A stretch of DNA of 64,000 bases, from NCBI GenBank assembly GCA_963705105.1, contig CAVPIW010000014.1:254262-318261 (forward strand), given 5' to 3'. Source of the DNA: an uncultured Nitrospiraceae bacterium. Lineage in GTDB: Bacteria; Nitrospirota; Thermodesulfovibrionia; Thermodesulfovibrionales; Dissulfurispiraceae. The notes under the pieces were generated by a model that made no database searches, had not been told where the DNA came from, and saw nothing but the letters and a program-made list of their open reading frames with translations. Below are positions 1-10,267 of the stretch, piece by piece (the stretch's first letter is position 1; every line of letters begins with the position of its first letter). Made by a program: the position numbers and the translations under genes.

Positions 1-1387
1 AACGGAGCTCTTCATGGAATACGACGAACCGGTTGCCGGGAAGAAGTCCGGCTTCCTCGTCCATTTGACCGATCTCTCTGGTTTCAAGCCCGTTACCGAA
101 GGGCGACTGACGCTCACTTTCGTTCCCAAGTCGGGAGAGCCTCTTGCCGTAATGATTGAGAAACCGGACAGGCCGGGCATCTTCAAAACTGAGGTCGCTT
201 TCAAGGAGCAGGGAAACTACGACATGACGGTTTCACTCCAGGGCAGGGCCCTTTCAGACGTGATTTCCGTCGGCGCCGTTGATGTGCACGGCGGAGACAA
301 GAAGCCCGCACATCATGGAGATACAGGCGGGGGAGACATCTCTTTTCTCAAGGAGCAGCAGTGGACAATCGATTTTATGGTCGGGCTTCCGCTGCGGCGG
401 GATGTCTCTTCCTCCTTTGTCGCGGCGGGGGAGATCGTTCCTGCCGCAAACGCAGAAGCAACATTATCAGCGCCCCTCGCAGGGGTGGTGTCTCTTTCCC
501 AGAGGCTCCCATACGCCGGGAAAAGGCTCAAGGCAGGGGAGGTGGTTGCCGTAATCGAGCCTCCGATCAACCAGCAGGGCGGCATCGGCCAGTTGTCGGC
601 GTCATATGCGGAAGCAAAGAACAGGGTGACTCTTGCACAGAAGGAGTACGATAGGGCGAAACGGCTCTATGAAGCGAAGGCGGTGCCTAAAAGAAGACTC
701 GAGGATGCCGAACTCGGCCTTGAAAGCGCAAAGGCGGCTTTTGAACCGCTGGACAGGGCGGTTCAGGAGATGAAGCCCGGCGCCTCCGGGAACAAGGTCA
801 TTATCAGGGCGCCTTTCGGCGGTACCGTCGTGGAACTGCTGACCGCAAACGGCAAGGCCGTCGATGCCGGTCAGCCGATTCTGAGGCTTATTGACACGTC
901 GTCGGTCTGGCTCAGGGCGAACGTGCCAGCGAGCGAAATCGGCGGCATCAAGAACCTCGAGAAAGCGACTTTCACAGTTGCCGGCAACGGAGGCACATTT
1001 AAGCCTTCGCGCCTCATTACGGTGAGCGACGTGATCGATGCCAGAACCAGGACGGTGCCCGTCACCTTTGAGGTGAACAACAGCGGGGGCAGACTCAAGA
1101 TCGGCATGTTCGCCGACGTCTCCATAGAGACCGGGCATGTCGCAAATACCCGTACACTGCCTGAAGAGGCGCTTTTTGAGGATGAAGGGAGAACTTTCGT
1201 CTTCGTTCAGAAGGAAGGAGAGTCCTTTGAGCGGCGGGAAGTGAAGACCGGTGTGCGCGGAAACGGCTTTGTGGCGATCATTTCGGGACTGCAGGAAGGA
1301 GAAAGGGTCGTGTTCAAAGGCGGTTACTACGTGAAGCTCGCGTCGCTCTCTTCAAGAACGGCTCAGGGCCACGGCCACGATCACTGA
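1..1387 (+). CDS. Heavy-metal RND efflux membrane fusion protein (CzcB/CusB-like), probably 5'-truncated by the window edge
   Basis: MFP barrel-sandwich/alpha-hairpin/beta-barrel pattern (IRAPFGGTV...G..V..GQP, D..TRT, L..GMF); His-rich segments and GHGHDH C-terminus; directly upstream of a CzcA-type gene; no signal anchor seen, so the true start is likely outside the window. Confidence 0.9.
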   Translation, partial: TELFMEYDEPVAGKKSGFLVHLTDLSGFKPVTEGRLTLTFVPKSGEPLAVMIEKPDRPGIFKTEVAFKEQGNYDMTVSLQGRALSDVISVGAVDVHGGDKKPAHHGDTGGGDISFLKEQQWTIDFMVGLPLRRDVSSSFVAAGEIVPAANAEATLSAPLAGVVSLSQRLPYAGKRLKAGEVVAVIEPPINQQGGIGQLSASYAEAKNRVTLAQKEYDRAKRLYEAKAVPKRRLEDAELGLESAKAAFEPLDRAVQEMKPGASGNKVIIRAPFGGTVVELLTANGKAVDAGQPILRLIDTSSVWLRANVPASEIGGIKNLEKATFTVAGNGGTFKPSRLITVSDVIDARTRTVPVTFEVNNSGGRLKIGMFADVSIETGHVANTRTLPEEALFEDEGRTFVFVQKEGESFERREVKTGVRGNGFVAIISGLQEGERVVFKGGYYVKLASLSSRTAQGHGHDH

Positions 1388-1402
1388 GCCAAGGAGACGG
1401 TC

Positions 1403-4400
1403 ATGCTTGATAGATTGACGAAAATATGTATTGAAAACAGACTGATCATTATTGTATCTTCGCTTCTTCTGCTCATTGTGGGCGCTTATGTGACCGTCAA
1501 GATGAAGGTGGACGTGTTCCCTGATCTCACGGCGCCGACGGTCACGATCATGACCGACGCTCACGGCATGGGACCCGAGGAAGTGGAGGCGCTCATCACC
1601 TATCCGATAGAGAGCGCCATCAACGGGGCGACGGGCGTGCGCCGTGTCAGGTCTTCTTCCGCTTTCGGCATATCCACTGTCTATGTCGAATTCGATTGGG
1701 GTACCGACATCTACCGGGCGCGCCAGGTCGTGAGCGAAAAGCTCCAGCTCGTTACCGCAAGCCTTCCGCGGGAAACGGTCCCGATGCTCGCGCCGGTTTC
1801 CTCCATCATGGGCGAGATCATGATTATCGGACTGCACAGCGATCGGCATCCTTTCATGGAGGTGAAGGAAACCGCCGATTTTGTGGTCAGAAAAAGGCTG
1901 CTCTCCGTATCGGGCGTGTCGGAAATAGTGACGGTGGGAGGCGAGACAAAGCAGTACCAGGTTCAGGTGGACCCTCACAGATTAAGCGCGTATGGCGTGT
2001 CTCTGAATGAGGTCGTCGAGGCTGTGAAGGGCTCAAATGAGAATTTCTCGGCAGGCGTCATGAAATCGGGGGGACAGGATTATCTTATCAGGGGGCTCGG
2101 AAAGGTCAAATCCGGCAACGATATCGGGACTGCAGTCGTGTCGACAAAAGAGGGAGTCCCCATCCTCGTGCGTGACGTTGCAACGATCCGGGTTGCGCCC
2201 GCTTTCGCGATCGGCGACGCTTCAATCGATGCCCGGCCGGCCGTCACCCTGGCTATACAGAAGCATCCCGATGCGAATACCGTAGAGCTCACGGGAAGAC
2301 TCGAAAAGGCCCTCGAAGAGATCAAGAAGTCCCTGCCTGAAGGCATGGTCCTTGACACCGGCGTATTCAGACAGGCGGACTTTATCGAGAGGGCCGTCCG
2401 CAACGTTCAGAGAGTCGTCCTTGAGGGCGGCGTGCTCGTCATCGCGATCATTCTCCTGTTTCTCGGGAATTTGCGCGCAACGATCATCTCCGTGTCGGCA
2501 ATGCCGTTGTCGCTCGTCTTTGCCATATTCGTGATGAAATACTTCGACATCACCATCAATACCATGACCCTCGGAGGCATGGCGATCGCAATCGGCGTTA
2601 TCGTGGATGATGCCATCATCTATGTCGAGAATGTCTTCCGCAGGCTCGGCGAAAATCACCGCAAGCCCGAGACGATGCGACGCTCGGCCCTGAAAGTGAT
2701 ATACGACGCCTCGGGGGAGATCAGGGGACCGATCATCAACGCCACGCTGATCATCGTCGTGGTTTTTGTCCCTCTCTTCTTCCTGACCGGAATCGAGGGA
2801 AGGCTCCTGAGGCCCCTCGGCGTTTCCTACATGGTCTCGATCGGCGCCTCGCTGTTTGTGGCGCTCACCGTTACTCCGGCGATGTGCGCATATCTCCTCC
2901 GAAAAGGCAGGTTTCTTGAAGAGAGCGGCGAGAGCAGGCTCATAGTCTGGCTGAAGAAGGCATATAGGCCGACGCTCGACTTTGCGATCAACAAACCGGG
3001 CACGGTCATCGCCGTCGCAGCCGCCGGACTCGCCTTGTCTCTCATCCCTCTCTTGTTTATCGGCAGGTCTTTCCTCCCCTCGTTCAACGAGGGTTCCATT
3101 ACCGTGATGATCGCCACTGCGCCGGGCACCTCTCTCGAGAAGTCCGCAGAGATAGGCACCCTCGCCGAACAGCTGCTGCTGAAACATCCGAATGTCGTGA
3201 AGACATCGCGCAAGACCGGCAGGGGTGAGCTGGATGAGCACGGAAAGCCCCCGAGCGCATCGGAAATCGACGCCAGGCTGGAGACGAAAGGCAGAAGACT
3301 CGACGACATTCTGGCCGAACTGAGAAAAGCAATGGCGACGATCCCGGGAACGGTCGTGTCCTTCAGTCAGCCTATCAGCCACAGGGTGGACCATATGCTT
3401 TCCGGCACCATGGCCAATATCGCGGTGAAGGTTTTCGGACCCGAACTGTTCCGCCTGAGAGCGATTGCCGAGGATGTGAGGCTGGAAATGAGCCGGGTTC
3501 AGGGCATTACCGACCTTTCAATAGAGCAGCAAGCGGACGTCTCCCAGCTCAGAATCGTACCGAAGCGGGCCGAGATAGCCAGGTACGGGATGTCGGTCCT
3601 TCAGGTCGCCGAGGCTGCGGAGATAGCGATGTCGGGGCATGTGGTCACCCGCACACTCGAAGGAGACAGGGGGTTCGACGTCCTTGTGAAGTTCGACGAC
3701 CGCGCCAGGAAAGACATCGAAGCCGTCCGCTCGACGCTCATAGATACACCGGCAGGGATGAAAGTGCCGCTCTCTGCGCTTGCCGACATAATTTCAGCCA
3801 AGGGACCGAACAGCATAAGCAGGGAGAAGGTCCAGAGAAAGATCGTCGTGCAGGCGAATGTGGCCGGCAGAGATCTGAGGAGTGTTTACGAAGACGCCAG
3901 GGGACGGATCGAAAACAACCTGAAGCTTCCGCCCGGCTACTACATCGAATACGGAGGACAGTTTCAGAGCGAGGCCGAGGCATCGAGAATGATCGGCAGT
4001 CTGAGCGTCCTGTCGATGCTCGCAATCTTTCTGATTCTCTACGTGGAATTCGGCTCCTTCAAGACCGCGGGCCTCGTCATGGTGAACCTGCCCCTTGCCC
4101 TGATCGGCGGCGTCATCGTCATTTTCCTCACCGACAGGGTCATCAGCATCGCATCGATCGTCGGTTTCATTACTCTCTTCGGTATCGCCACAAGAAACGG
4201 CATTCTGCTTGTCTCGCACTACCGCCATCTTATCAGGGAAGAGGGCAGAGATCTGAGAACCGCAGTGTATCAGGGGTCTATGGAGCGGCTGCGTCCCGTC
4301 ATCATGACCGCCCTTGCCGCGGGTCTGGCGCTTGTCCCTTTCGCCGTTGCGGCGGATAAGCCGGGCAATGAAATACTGTCGCCCCTGGCAATCGTGATTC

Positions 4401-4486
4401 TGGGAGGGCTGCTGAGCTCAACGGCGCTCAACATGGTCGTCATACCGTCTCTTTACGTGAAGTTCGAAAAGGAGGAAACTCAATGA
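1403..4486 (+). CDS. CusA/CzcA family heavy-metal efflux RND permease
   Basis: 1027 aa; DVFPDLTAPTV, NTMTLGGMAIAIGVIVDDAII, GIATRNGILL and ERLRPVIMT motifs; AGGAG SD at ~1392. Confidence 0.95.
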   Translation: MLDRLTKICIENRLIIIVSSLLLLIVGAYVTVKMKVDVFPDLTAPTVTIMTDAHGMGPEEVEALITYPIESAINGATGVRRVRSSSAFGISTVYVEFDWGTDIYRARQVVSEKLQLVTASLPRETVPMLAPVSSIMGEIMIIGLHSDRHPFMEVKETADFVVRKRLLSVSGVSEIVTVGGETKQYQVQVDPHRLSAYGVSLNEVVEAVKGSNENFSAGVMKSGGQDYLIRGLGKVKSGNDIGTAVVSTKEGVPILVRDVATIRVAPAFAIGDASIDARPAVTLAIQKHPDANTVELTGRLEKALEEIKKSLPEGMVLDTGVFRQADFIERAVRNVQRVVLEGGVLVIAIILLFLGNLRATIISVSAMPLSLVFAIFVMKYFDITINTMTLGGMAIAIGVIVDDAIIYVENVFRRLGENHRKPETMRRSALKVIYDASGEIRGPIINATLIIVVVFVPLFFLTGIEGRLLRPLGVSYMVSIGASLFVALTVTPAMCAYLLRKGRFLEESGESRLIVWLKKAYRPTLDFAINKPGTVIAVAAAGLALSLIPLLFIGRSFLPSFNEGSITVMIATAPGTSLEKSAEIGTLAEQLLLKHPNVVKTSRKTGRGELDEHGKPPSASEIDARLETKGRRLDDILAELRKAMATIPGTVVSFSQPISHRVDHMLSGTMANIAVKVFGPELFRLRAIAEDVRLEMSRVQGITDLSIEQQADVSQLRIVPKRAEIARYGMSVLQVAEAAEIAMSGHVVTRTLEGDRGFDVLVKFDDRARKDIEAVRSTLIDTPAGMKVPLSALADIISAKGPNSISREKVQRKIVVQANVAGRDLRSVYEDARGRIENNLKLPPGYYIEYGGQFQSEAEASRMIGSLSVLSMLAIFLILYVEFGSFKTAGLVMVNLPLALIGGVIVIFLTDRVISIASIVGFITLFGIATRNGILLVSHYRHLIREEGRDLRTAVYQGSMERLRPVIMTALAAGLALVPFAVAADKPGNEILSPLAIVILGGLLSSTALNMVVIPSLYVKFEKEETQ

Positions 4487-4861
4487 CAAGAATGGCCGGC
4501 GTATCCCTTCGTCGTTAACATCGACGGCCAGGCCGCCATTTGGGAAGCGGACGGAGTAAAGGACGACAAACCGGAGTACGACCGGGACGGCAGGACGAGC
4601 CGCGACCCCGAGGCGGGTGTGGGGATGAAGTATACCCTTGCAAAAAGAGTGAGCCTCCGGGCCGGATCTCATAGGGTGTTCTTCGGTCTTCCCGGAGATG
4701 ATTATTTTGCCGAGGTGGAGGCGATTCTCACGGAGGGAGAGACGCATGTCCTGGAGTTTATGCCCGTTTACAGAACCAAGAGAATTCCGATGAGGATACC
4801 GTCATTTCTTCAGGGGATAAACAGATATGACGTATTTTTGAACGGCAAGCAGATCAACTGA
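4487..4861 (+). pseudogene. N-terminally truncated hypothetical (lipoprotein-like) gene remnant
   Basis: Open frame runs from right after the czcA stop, in the same frame (YPFVVNIDGQAAIWEADG...RDPEAG.GMKY), with no start codon until 4619; resembles the C-terminal half of a conserved lipoprotein seen in Geobacter-type metal clusters (recalled, unverified). Confidence 0.45.
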
Positions 4862-4959
4862 TACCCTTTAACGGGGCGGGGCTTGTGTAGATCTTTCAGT
4901 TGCGTGAAAAGGCCGGGTTCATAGCCTTTCTCCCCGCCGCCTGCGTGCTCAAACGGACA

Positions 4960-4992
4960 TTGACAAACTCAAAAACAGGTGCTACAATTGTA
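4960..4992 (+). promoter_or_regulatory. sigma70 promoter of chrB with an overlapping palindrome (candidate operator)
   Basis: TTGACA (4960-4965), 17-bp spacer, TACAAT (4983-4988) with extended TG; palindrome TACAATTGTA at 4983-4992. Confidence 0.75.
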
Positions 4993-5001
4993 TCATCTGA
5001 T

Positions 5002-6000
5002 ATGAAAATACCAAAATCAAATCGTCACAAGTGGCTGCTCATCTTCTACACCGTTCCCTCCAAGCCGGTCAAGAACCGCATGAAAATATGGAGGCAGCTC
5101 ACTCATGCCGGAGCCGTTCAGCTGAAGGGGGCCGTCTGCATTCTGCCGTACAGTGAAGAGCATTACGAGTTTTTCGAGTGGATTATCTCGGAAGTCGCCG
5201 CTATGGGAGGGGACGGTGGGTTCGTCAAGGTTGAGGCGATCGAGACGATGAACGACGACGAAATCATTCGTCTCTTCAATGCCCAGCGGGACGTGGAGTA
5301 CAGGAAGGCGGACAAATCGCTCGATGACATCGAGCTTAAACTGGGCAGCATCAGAAAAGGAACCCCCGGTGAGCCCGATGCCTCCCTTGCCGATGAGATG
5401 GCCAGACTGACCCGCGATGCCGAATCCATCAAGAAGAGAGATTTCTTCGGGTCAAAGGCCGGAGCTGCATTCGCCAGGCGCGTCCAGGCCTTGCAGAGGG
5501 CGATTCGTGATACCCCTGGACATGCAAAGAGGGGGGAGAAGATCCCGGACCGGCAAATCGTCGCGCGGAGACGGGAGGATTATCAGGGAAGGACCTGGGT
5601 GACACGCAGGCGCCCCTTCGTCGACAGGATGGCGTCTGCATGGCTCATCAGGAATTGGATCGATAGAGAAGCGGTGTTCGAATTCATCGATGAGCAGGAG
5701 ATCGGCAATCTCGGGAAGAGCCGCGTCACCTTCGACATCCGGGACGGGGAATTCACGCACGTCGGAGACCTCTGCACCATGGAAGTGCTGATCAGGTCCT
5801 TCGGTTTGAAGGACAAGGCGCTGCGGCGTATCGCCGAGCTCGTCCACCAGCTCGACCTGAAGGACGAGAAATACCACGCTTCTGAAGCAAGGGGTGTCGA
5901 GGAGATCCTTGCTGGCATCAGGAAGACCGCATCTGACGACAGCGACGCATTGGAGAAGGGGATGGCCGTCTTTCAGATGCTCTATGCCTCGCAGAAATAG
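5002..6000 (+). CDS. chrB: Chromate resistance regulator ChrB (N-terminal HTH-like domain + ChrB C-terminal domain)
   Basis: WLLIFYTVPSKP...R.KIWR.L...GA N-terminus; WVTRRRPFVDRMASAWLIR..ID and FTHVGDLCT motifs; ATG 5002 chosen because the promoter lies inside the longer ORF call. Confidence 0.88.
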   Translation: MKIPKSNRHKWLLIFYTVPSKPVKNRMKIWRQLTHAGAVQLKGAVCILPYSEEHYEFFEWIISEVAAMGGDGGFVKVEAIETMNDDEIIRLFNAQRDVEYRKADKSLDDIELKLGSIRKGTPGEPDASLADEMARLTRDAESIKKRDFFGSKAGAAFARRVQALQRAIRDTPGHAKRGEKIPDRQIVARRREDYQGRTWVTRRRPFVDRMASAWLIRNWIDREAVFEFIDEQEIGNLGKSRVTFDIRDGEFTHVGDLCTMEVLIRSFGLKDKALRRIAELVHQLDLKDEKYHASEARGVEEILAGIRKTASDDSDALEKGMAVFQMLYASQK

Positions 6001-6063
6001 CGGGGACACGTCAGAATGACCTCGCAGCAAATATCTCAGTAGAGCAATCGAAGGGAGTGTAAC

Positions 6064-9000
6064 ATGGACATATTGAACCTTTTCTTTAGAAGGCGACCCG
6101 CTGTTTCCCTGAGCGGACTTCGAGGCTCTCTTGCCGTCAAATACCAACGATTCAGGAACCTCCTCACCCACAACCAGAGGGCGTTGAGCCTCCTTTCGGA
6201 TATGGAGTACGCCTATTATACGGGTAAACCGTTCACCCTCGCCTGGGCCGGGGCGCGTTACGAGGAATTCGCCGAGGCGGTCTTCGGTCTCGTGCATGCC
6301 CTCCAGTCGATCTCCGGAGGGGCTTATGAAGGACTTGTCGACCGCAGTTACGCCATCGATGGGAAGCTTGCCGATTCCTTCAAGATCCCTTATCGGTATT
6401 CTACGCACGACATCGTTCTTCCACTCCGAAATGGGACTGATCTCATGCAGGGGATGCTGGGCGCCAAGGCCGCAAATCTTGCCGTTGCCGGCAATGAGAT
6501 GGGTCTTCCCGTCCCCGACGGTTTTGTCGTTACGAGCTACGCCTTCGAGCGGTTCATGGAGGAAAACGACCTCTTTTCTGTTGTCGAACAGGCGTTTGCA
6601 TGCCTCTCCGGCGAGTCTCATGATGAACTGGACAAGTTGAGCATCAGGCTGAGGGAGGCGATAATGGCTGCCGACGTGCCCGGCACTATCAGAGAAGCAA
6701 TACTTCAGGCCTATGCTGACCTTGAAAGGAGGACCATCGGGGGCGTACGCATCTCCATGAGAAGCAGCGCCGTCGGTGAGGACAGCGACGCTTCTTTTGC
6801 CGGCCAGTTCACCTCGGTGCTGAATGTCACGAGAGAAAATATCATTGACGCGTATAAGACCGTCGTTGCGAGCGCATTCTCGCCGCGGGCGATATCCTAC
6901 CGGCTTCTGTACGGTCTCGACACAAGGGAGACACCCATGTGCGTCCTCGGTATCGTCATGGTAGACGCCAGGACAAGCGGTGTCGGTTATACGGTCGATC
7001 CCACCGCAACGGACTCCGGCCTGATGAGGATCAACGCCCTCTGGGGGCTCGGAGAGCAACTCGTGGGAGGCTCCGTGTCGCCTGATTCGTTCCTCATTGA
7101 CAGGTCTGCGATGACGGTGGTTAGAAAAGACATCGTAATGAAAGACCGACGTCTGGCCGCATTACCCGAAGGCGGCACTCAGCTTGAGGAGGTCACCGAA
7201 GGAGAGCGTGCATCGCCGTCCCTGGATGACGCCTCAGCCATAATCCTTGCGCGGTATGCTCTCAGGCTGGAGGAGAGGTTTGGGCGCCCCCAGGACATCG
7301 AATGGGCTGTCGACGGAGAGGGGAAGCTCTTCATCCTTCAATCCAGGCCTTTGCGCCTTCCGGACAGAAAAACCGAGGAAGGTTTGCCTGATGAACAGAA
7401 CGTTGCGCTGCCTATATTGTTGTCGGCCGGAAAGACAGCCTCTCCGGGAGTAGCGATAGGAAAAGCCTTCGTTGTCTCCGGTGAGAAAGACCTTTCGGCC
7501 ATTCCCGACGACGCAGTCATTGTGGCCAAAGTGGCGTCACCCGACCTCGCACGAGTGATCAACGGGGTCAGAGGTATTATAACCGACCTGGGCAGTGTCA
7601 CGAGCCATCTCTCCTCCGTGGCGAGGGAATTCGGTGTGCCTATGATTGTCGACACCGGCAACGCAACAGCAATTTTGAAAGACGGGGATGTCATCACACT
7701 ATCGGCGACGTCTGCGACCGTCTATCAGGGAATTGTCGAGTCCATGCGTAAGGGGGCACGGACACGGATAAACCATTTCGTCGACAGCCCCGTCCACAAG
7801 AGGATGCGTTCCGCTCTTGACTTGATCTCCCCGCTCAACCTGATCGATCCGGACAGTCCCTTCTTCTCACCTGACGGATGCGAGACATTCCATGACATCA
7901 TCAGGTTCTGTCATGAACGGTCGATGGTCGAGATGTCGGGCATCGGGAAGAAGGCTGAAGAGGGAGGTTCGATACGGCTCGAGACGACACTCCCTCTGGT
8001 GATCCATCTGGTCGACCTCGGCGGGGGGCTCCGGGAGGGGCTTGCCGGCAAGACCGCCGTCGCTGGAGATCTCCTCTCGACGCCCATGAAGGCGATATGG
8101 CGCGGCTTCAATCATCCCGGAATCACCTGGTCCGGAACGATCAACTTCGACATGAAGAAGATGGCGACCCTCTTCGCCGTCGCCGCCACGTCCGAGTTCG
8201 GGGAACTGCCGGGCGGCACGAGCTATGCCATCTTCTCGAAGGAATTTCTCAACTTCAACGGAAAGTTCGGCTACCATTTCGCCACTCTCGATGCCCTCTG
8301 CACCGAAAACAGCGATCAGAACTATATCTCCCTCCAGTTCTCCGGCGGTGCAGGCACCTACTATGGAAAATCACTGAGGATTCAGTTCCTGGGCGCAGTG
8401 CTCAATAGACTGGGGTTCCGGGTGAACATAAAAGGTGATCTCCTTGAGGCGGCTCTCAAGGGATATGACCTCGCATCCCTGGAAGAGAAACTGGATCAGA
8501 CGGGGAGGCTCCTGGCGTCGAGCCGGCTTCTGGACATGGTACTCTCCAGCCAGACGGATGTCGCATACCTTACGGAACGATTCTTCAACGAAGACTATGA
8601 CTATCTGACAGGCAGGGAGGAAGGACAGCCGGAGCATTTTTACGTCCATGGCGGCCACTGGAATCGCATGTCGGAGGGGCGTTACGGACTGCTCCTGCAG
8701 GACGGCTCTAAGGAGGGGTTCACCATTTCCTCGGGTATCGCCGGGCTTATGGGAAGGATAGCAGGACCATCACTGCAGGATTTCCTCGACAACCTCGGCG
8801 CCTACTATTACTTTCCAATGGCGATCGCCAAGGACAGCGAAATCGCAGACGGCACGATCATGGGCAGGGTCAAATCGACGGGAGGAAATATCGACCGGGC
8901 TGCCGGACTGGCCTTTGGCATCCGGAACACCGGTAACTACTTCGCCTTCCGCATCAACGCACTCGAGGACAACGTCATCCTCTTCGAGTTCGTCAACGGC

Positions 9001-9240
9001 AAGAGATTCGAGAGGATGAACGTATCAAGAAAAATCGAAACGGACCGATGGTACATGCTGAAGATCGTGGTCCGGGGTGGGGAAATAGAGGGGTATATCG
9101 ACAAGGAACGTGTCTTGAATTATACCGCCTCAGAGCCGGTGAGCGGCCATGTGGGGCTCTGGACGAAGGCGGACTCCGTGAGCTACTTTGACACACTCGT
9201 CATCGACAGCGGCGGACGGAAGCGGATCATCGAGCATTAG
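6064..9240 (+). CDS. PEP-utilising enzyme family protein: ATP-grasp (PPDK_N) + phospho-His swivel + C-terminal domains ending in a concanavalin/DUF1080-like beta domain
   Basis: GAKAANL, VPDGFVVT, RSSAVGED...SFAGQF, PQDIEWA..LFILQSRP; swivel SHLSSVAREFGVP; no pyruvate-binding TIM barrel; tail G.VGLWTKADSVSYFD. Confidence 0.8.
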   Translation: MDILNLFFRRRPAVSLSGLRGSLAVKYQRFRNLLTHNQRALSLLSDMEYAYYTGKPFTLAWAGARYEEFAEAVFGLVHALQSISGGAYEGLVDRSYAIDGKLADSFKIPYRYSTHDIVLPLRNGTDLMQGMLGAKAANLAVAGNEMGLPVPDGFVVTSYAFERFMEENDLFSVVEQAFACLSGESHDELDKLSIRLREAIMAADVPGTIREAILQAYADLERRTIGGVRISMRSSAVGEDSDASFAGQFTSVLNVTRENIIDAYKTVVASAFSPRAISYRLLYGLDTRETPMCVLGIVMVDARTSGVGYTVDPTATDSGLMRINALWGLGEQLVGGSVSPDSFLIDRSAMTVVRKDIVMKDRRLAALPEGGTQLEEVTEGERASPSLDDASAIILARYALRLEERFGRPQDIEWAVDGEGKLFILQSRPLRLPDRKTEEGLPDEQNVALPILLSAGKTASPGVAIGKAFVVSGEKDLSAIPDDAVIVAKVASPDLARVINGVRGIITDLGSVTSHLSSVAREFGVPMIVDTGNATAILKDGDVITLSATSATVYQGIVESMRKGARTRINHFVDSPVHKRMRSALDLISPLNLIDPDSPFFSPDGCETFHDIIRFCHERSMVEMSGIGKKAEEGGSIRLETTLPLVIHLVDLGGGLREGLAGKTAVAGDLLSTPMKAIWRGFNHPGITWSGTINFDMKKMATLFAVAATSEFGELPGGTSYAIFSKEFLNFNGKFGYHFATLDALCTENSDQNYISLQFSGGAGTYYGKSLRIQFLGAVLNRLGFRVNIKGDLLEAALKGYDLASLEEKLDQTGRLLASSRLLDMVLSSQTDVAYLTERFFNEDYDYLTGREEGQPEHFYVHGGHWNRMSEGRYGLLLQDGSKEGFTISSGIAGLMGRIAGPSLQDFLDNLGAYYYFPMAIAKDSEIADGTIMGRVKSTGGNIDRAAGLAFGIRNTGNYFAFRINALEDNVILFEFVNGKRFERMNVSRKIETDRWYMLKIVVRGGEIEGYIDKERVLNYTASEPVSGHVGLWTKADSVSYFDTLVIDSGGRKRIIEH

Positions 9241-9273
9241 GCAGGCAGCGCTTTGATTGGATAACAGATGAGA

Positions 9274-9494
9274 TTAACCTTTCTGTTGCATGAAAAGGCG
9301 GGGCGAAGCGCCTCAAAGCCTTGCTGAAGGCGACGATACGCATTGTCAGCTTCGTGTTTCAGGAGTTCACTCTTTGTGTCATCGACCATTGGTTTATAAT
9401 TGCCGTCTTTCGTTTTGATACAGGTGTCGCCGCAGCAAGGTTTTCGGCGCATACACCCCGCCTTTCCGGAAGGCGTATGCAACGATAAGATTAA
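9274..9494 (-). repeat. ~220-bp palindromic dispersed repeat, copy 1 (MITE-like, TTAA ends)
   Basis: Ends TTAACCTTTCTGTTGCAT / ATGCAACGATAAGATTAA; internal inverted arms AAAGGCGGGG..CCTTGCTG / CAGCAAGG..CCCCGCCTTT; homologous to 11585, 38962 and 53360. Confidence 0.85.
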
Positions 9495-9541
9495 GTCTCT
9501 GCATTTAATAATTCAACAATGACGAAGGGGGAGGTTTCATC

Positions 9542-10267
9542 ATGAAATGGATAACAAGGGAAAAGGTGAAGGTCGACAGGGTGGCCTGTCCATGGCTCAT
9601 CCGGAAGTTCATCGATCAGGATGCGGAATTTCTTTTTGTGCCGGCCGACAGGGTGATGGAACAGGCCGAAAGGGAGGGGGCGATTCCCTTTGATGCGCCC
9701 GGCGTGGAACTGGGTCATCATGCGGGGCAGTGCAGCTTTGAGTCGATGGTCGCGAAATACGGGATAATGGACCCTGCCGTCCTGCTGTTAGCACAGATCG
9801 TCCATGGAGCGGACGTGAAGGCCGATCTGTATGTCCGTCCCGAAGCGGCGGGGCTGCTGGCCGTGGCAGAAGGCTTCAGACACCTGGGACTGAAAGACGA
9901 TTATGAGATCCTCGAAAAGCAGTTCATCGTCTATGACGCATTATACGCCTATTGCAAAAGGAAGGTGCGAACCCTGACCGTCGGAGAACTGCAGGGTCTC
10001 ATGGTCGAAAGGGGGGCCCTCGTTCTTGACGTCCGGAGGTCCGACGATTTTGCCGCTGAACCGGAGATGATCCCGGGAGCGCAGCGGCGGGATCCGGAGC
10101 AGGTGGACGCCTGGGCGGGAGAACTGGCGAAGGACAGCGACATTGTTATCTATTGTGCTCGGGGAGGGTCGGTCAGCAACACGGTGATCGATAGACTCCT
10201 CGATCGGGGACTGCGGGCTCGTTACCTTGAAGGAGGGCTCGAAGCGTGGAAGAAAACACAGAAATAG
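9542..10267 (+). CDS. ChrB C-terminal-domain protein (ChrF-like) fused to a rhodanese domain (ChrE-like)
   Basis: MKWITRE.VKVDRVACPWLIRKFID and HH..QCSFE motifs; C-terminal rhodanese LVLDVRR...IPGA, IVIYCARG, YLEGGLEAW. Confidence 0.85.
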   Translation: MKWITREKVKVDRVACPWLIRKFIDQDAEFLFVPADRVMEQAEREGAIPFDAPGVELGHHAGQCSFESMVAKYGIMDPAVLLLAQIVHGADVKADLYVRPEAAGLLAVAEGFRHLGLKDDYEILEKQFIVYDALYAYCKRKVRTLTVGELQGLMVERGALVLDVRRSDDFAAEPEMIPGAQRRDPEQVDAWAGELAKDSDIVIYCARGGSVSNTVIDRLLDRGLRARYLEGGLEAWKKTQK

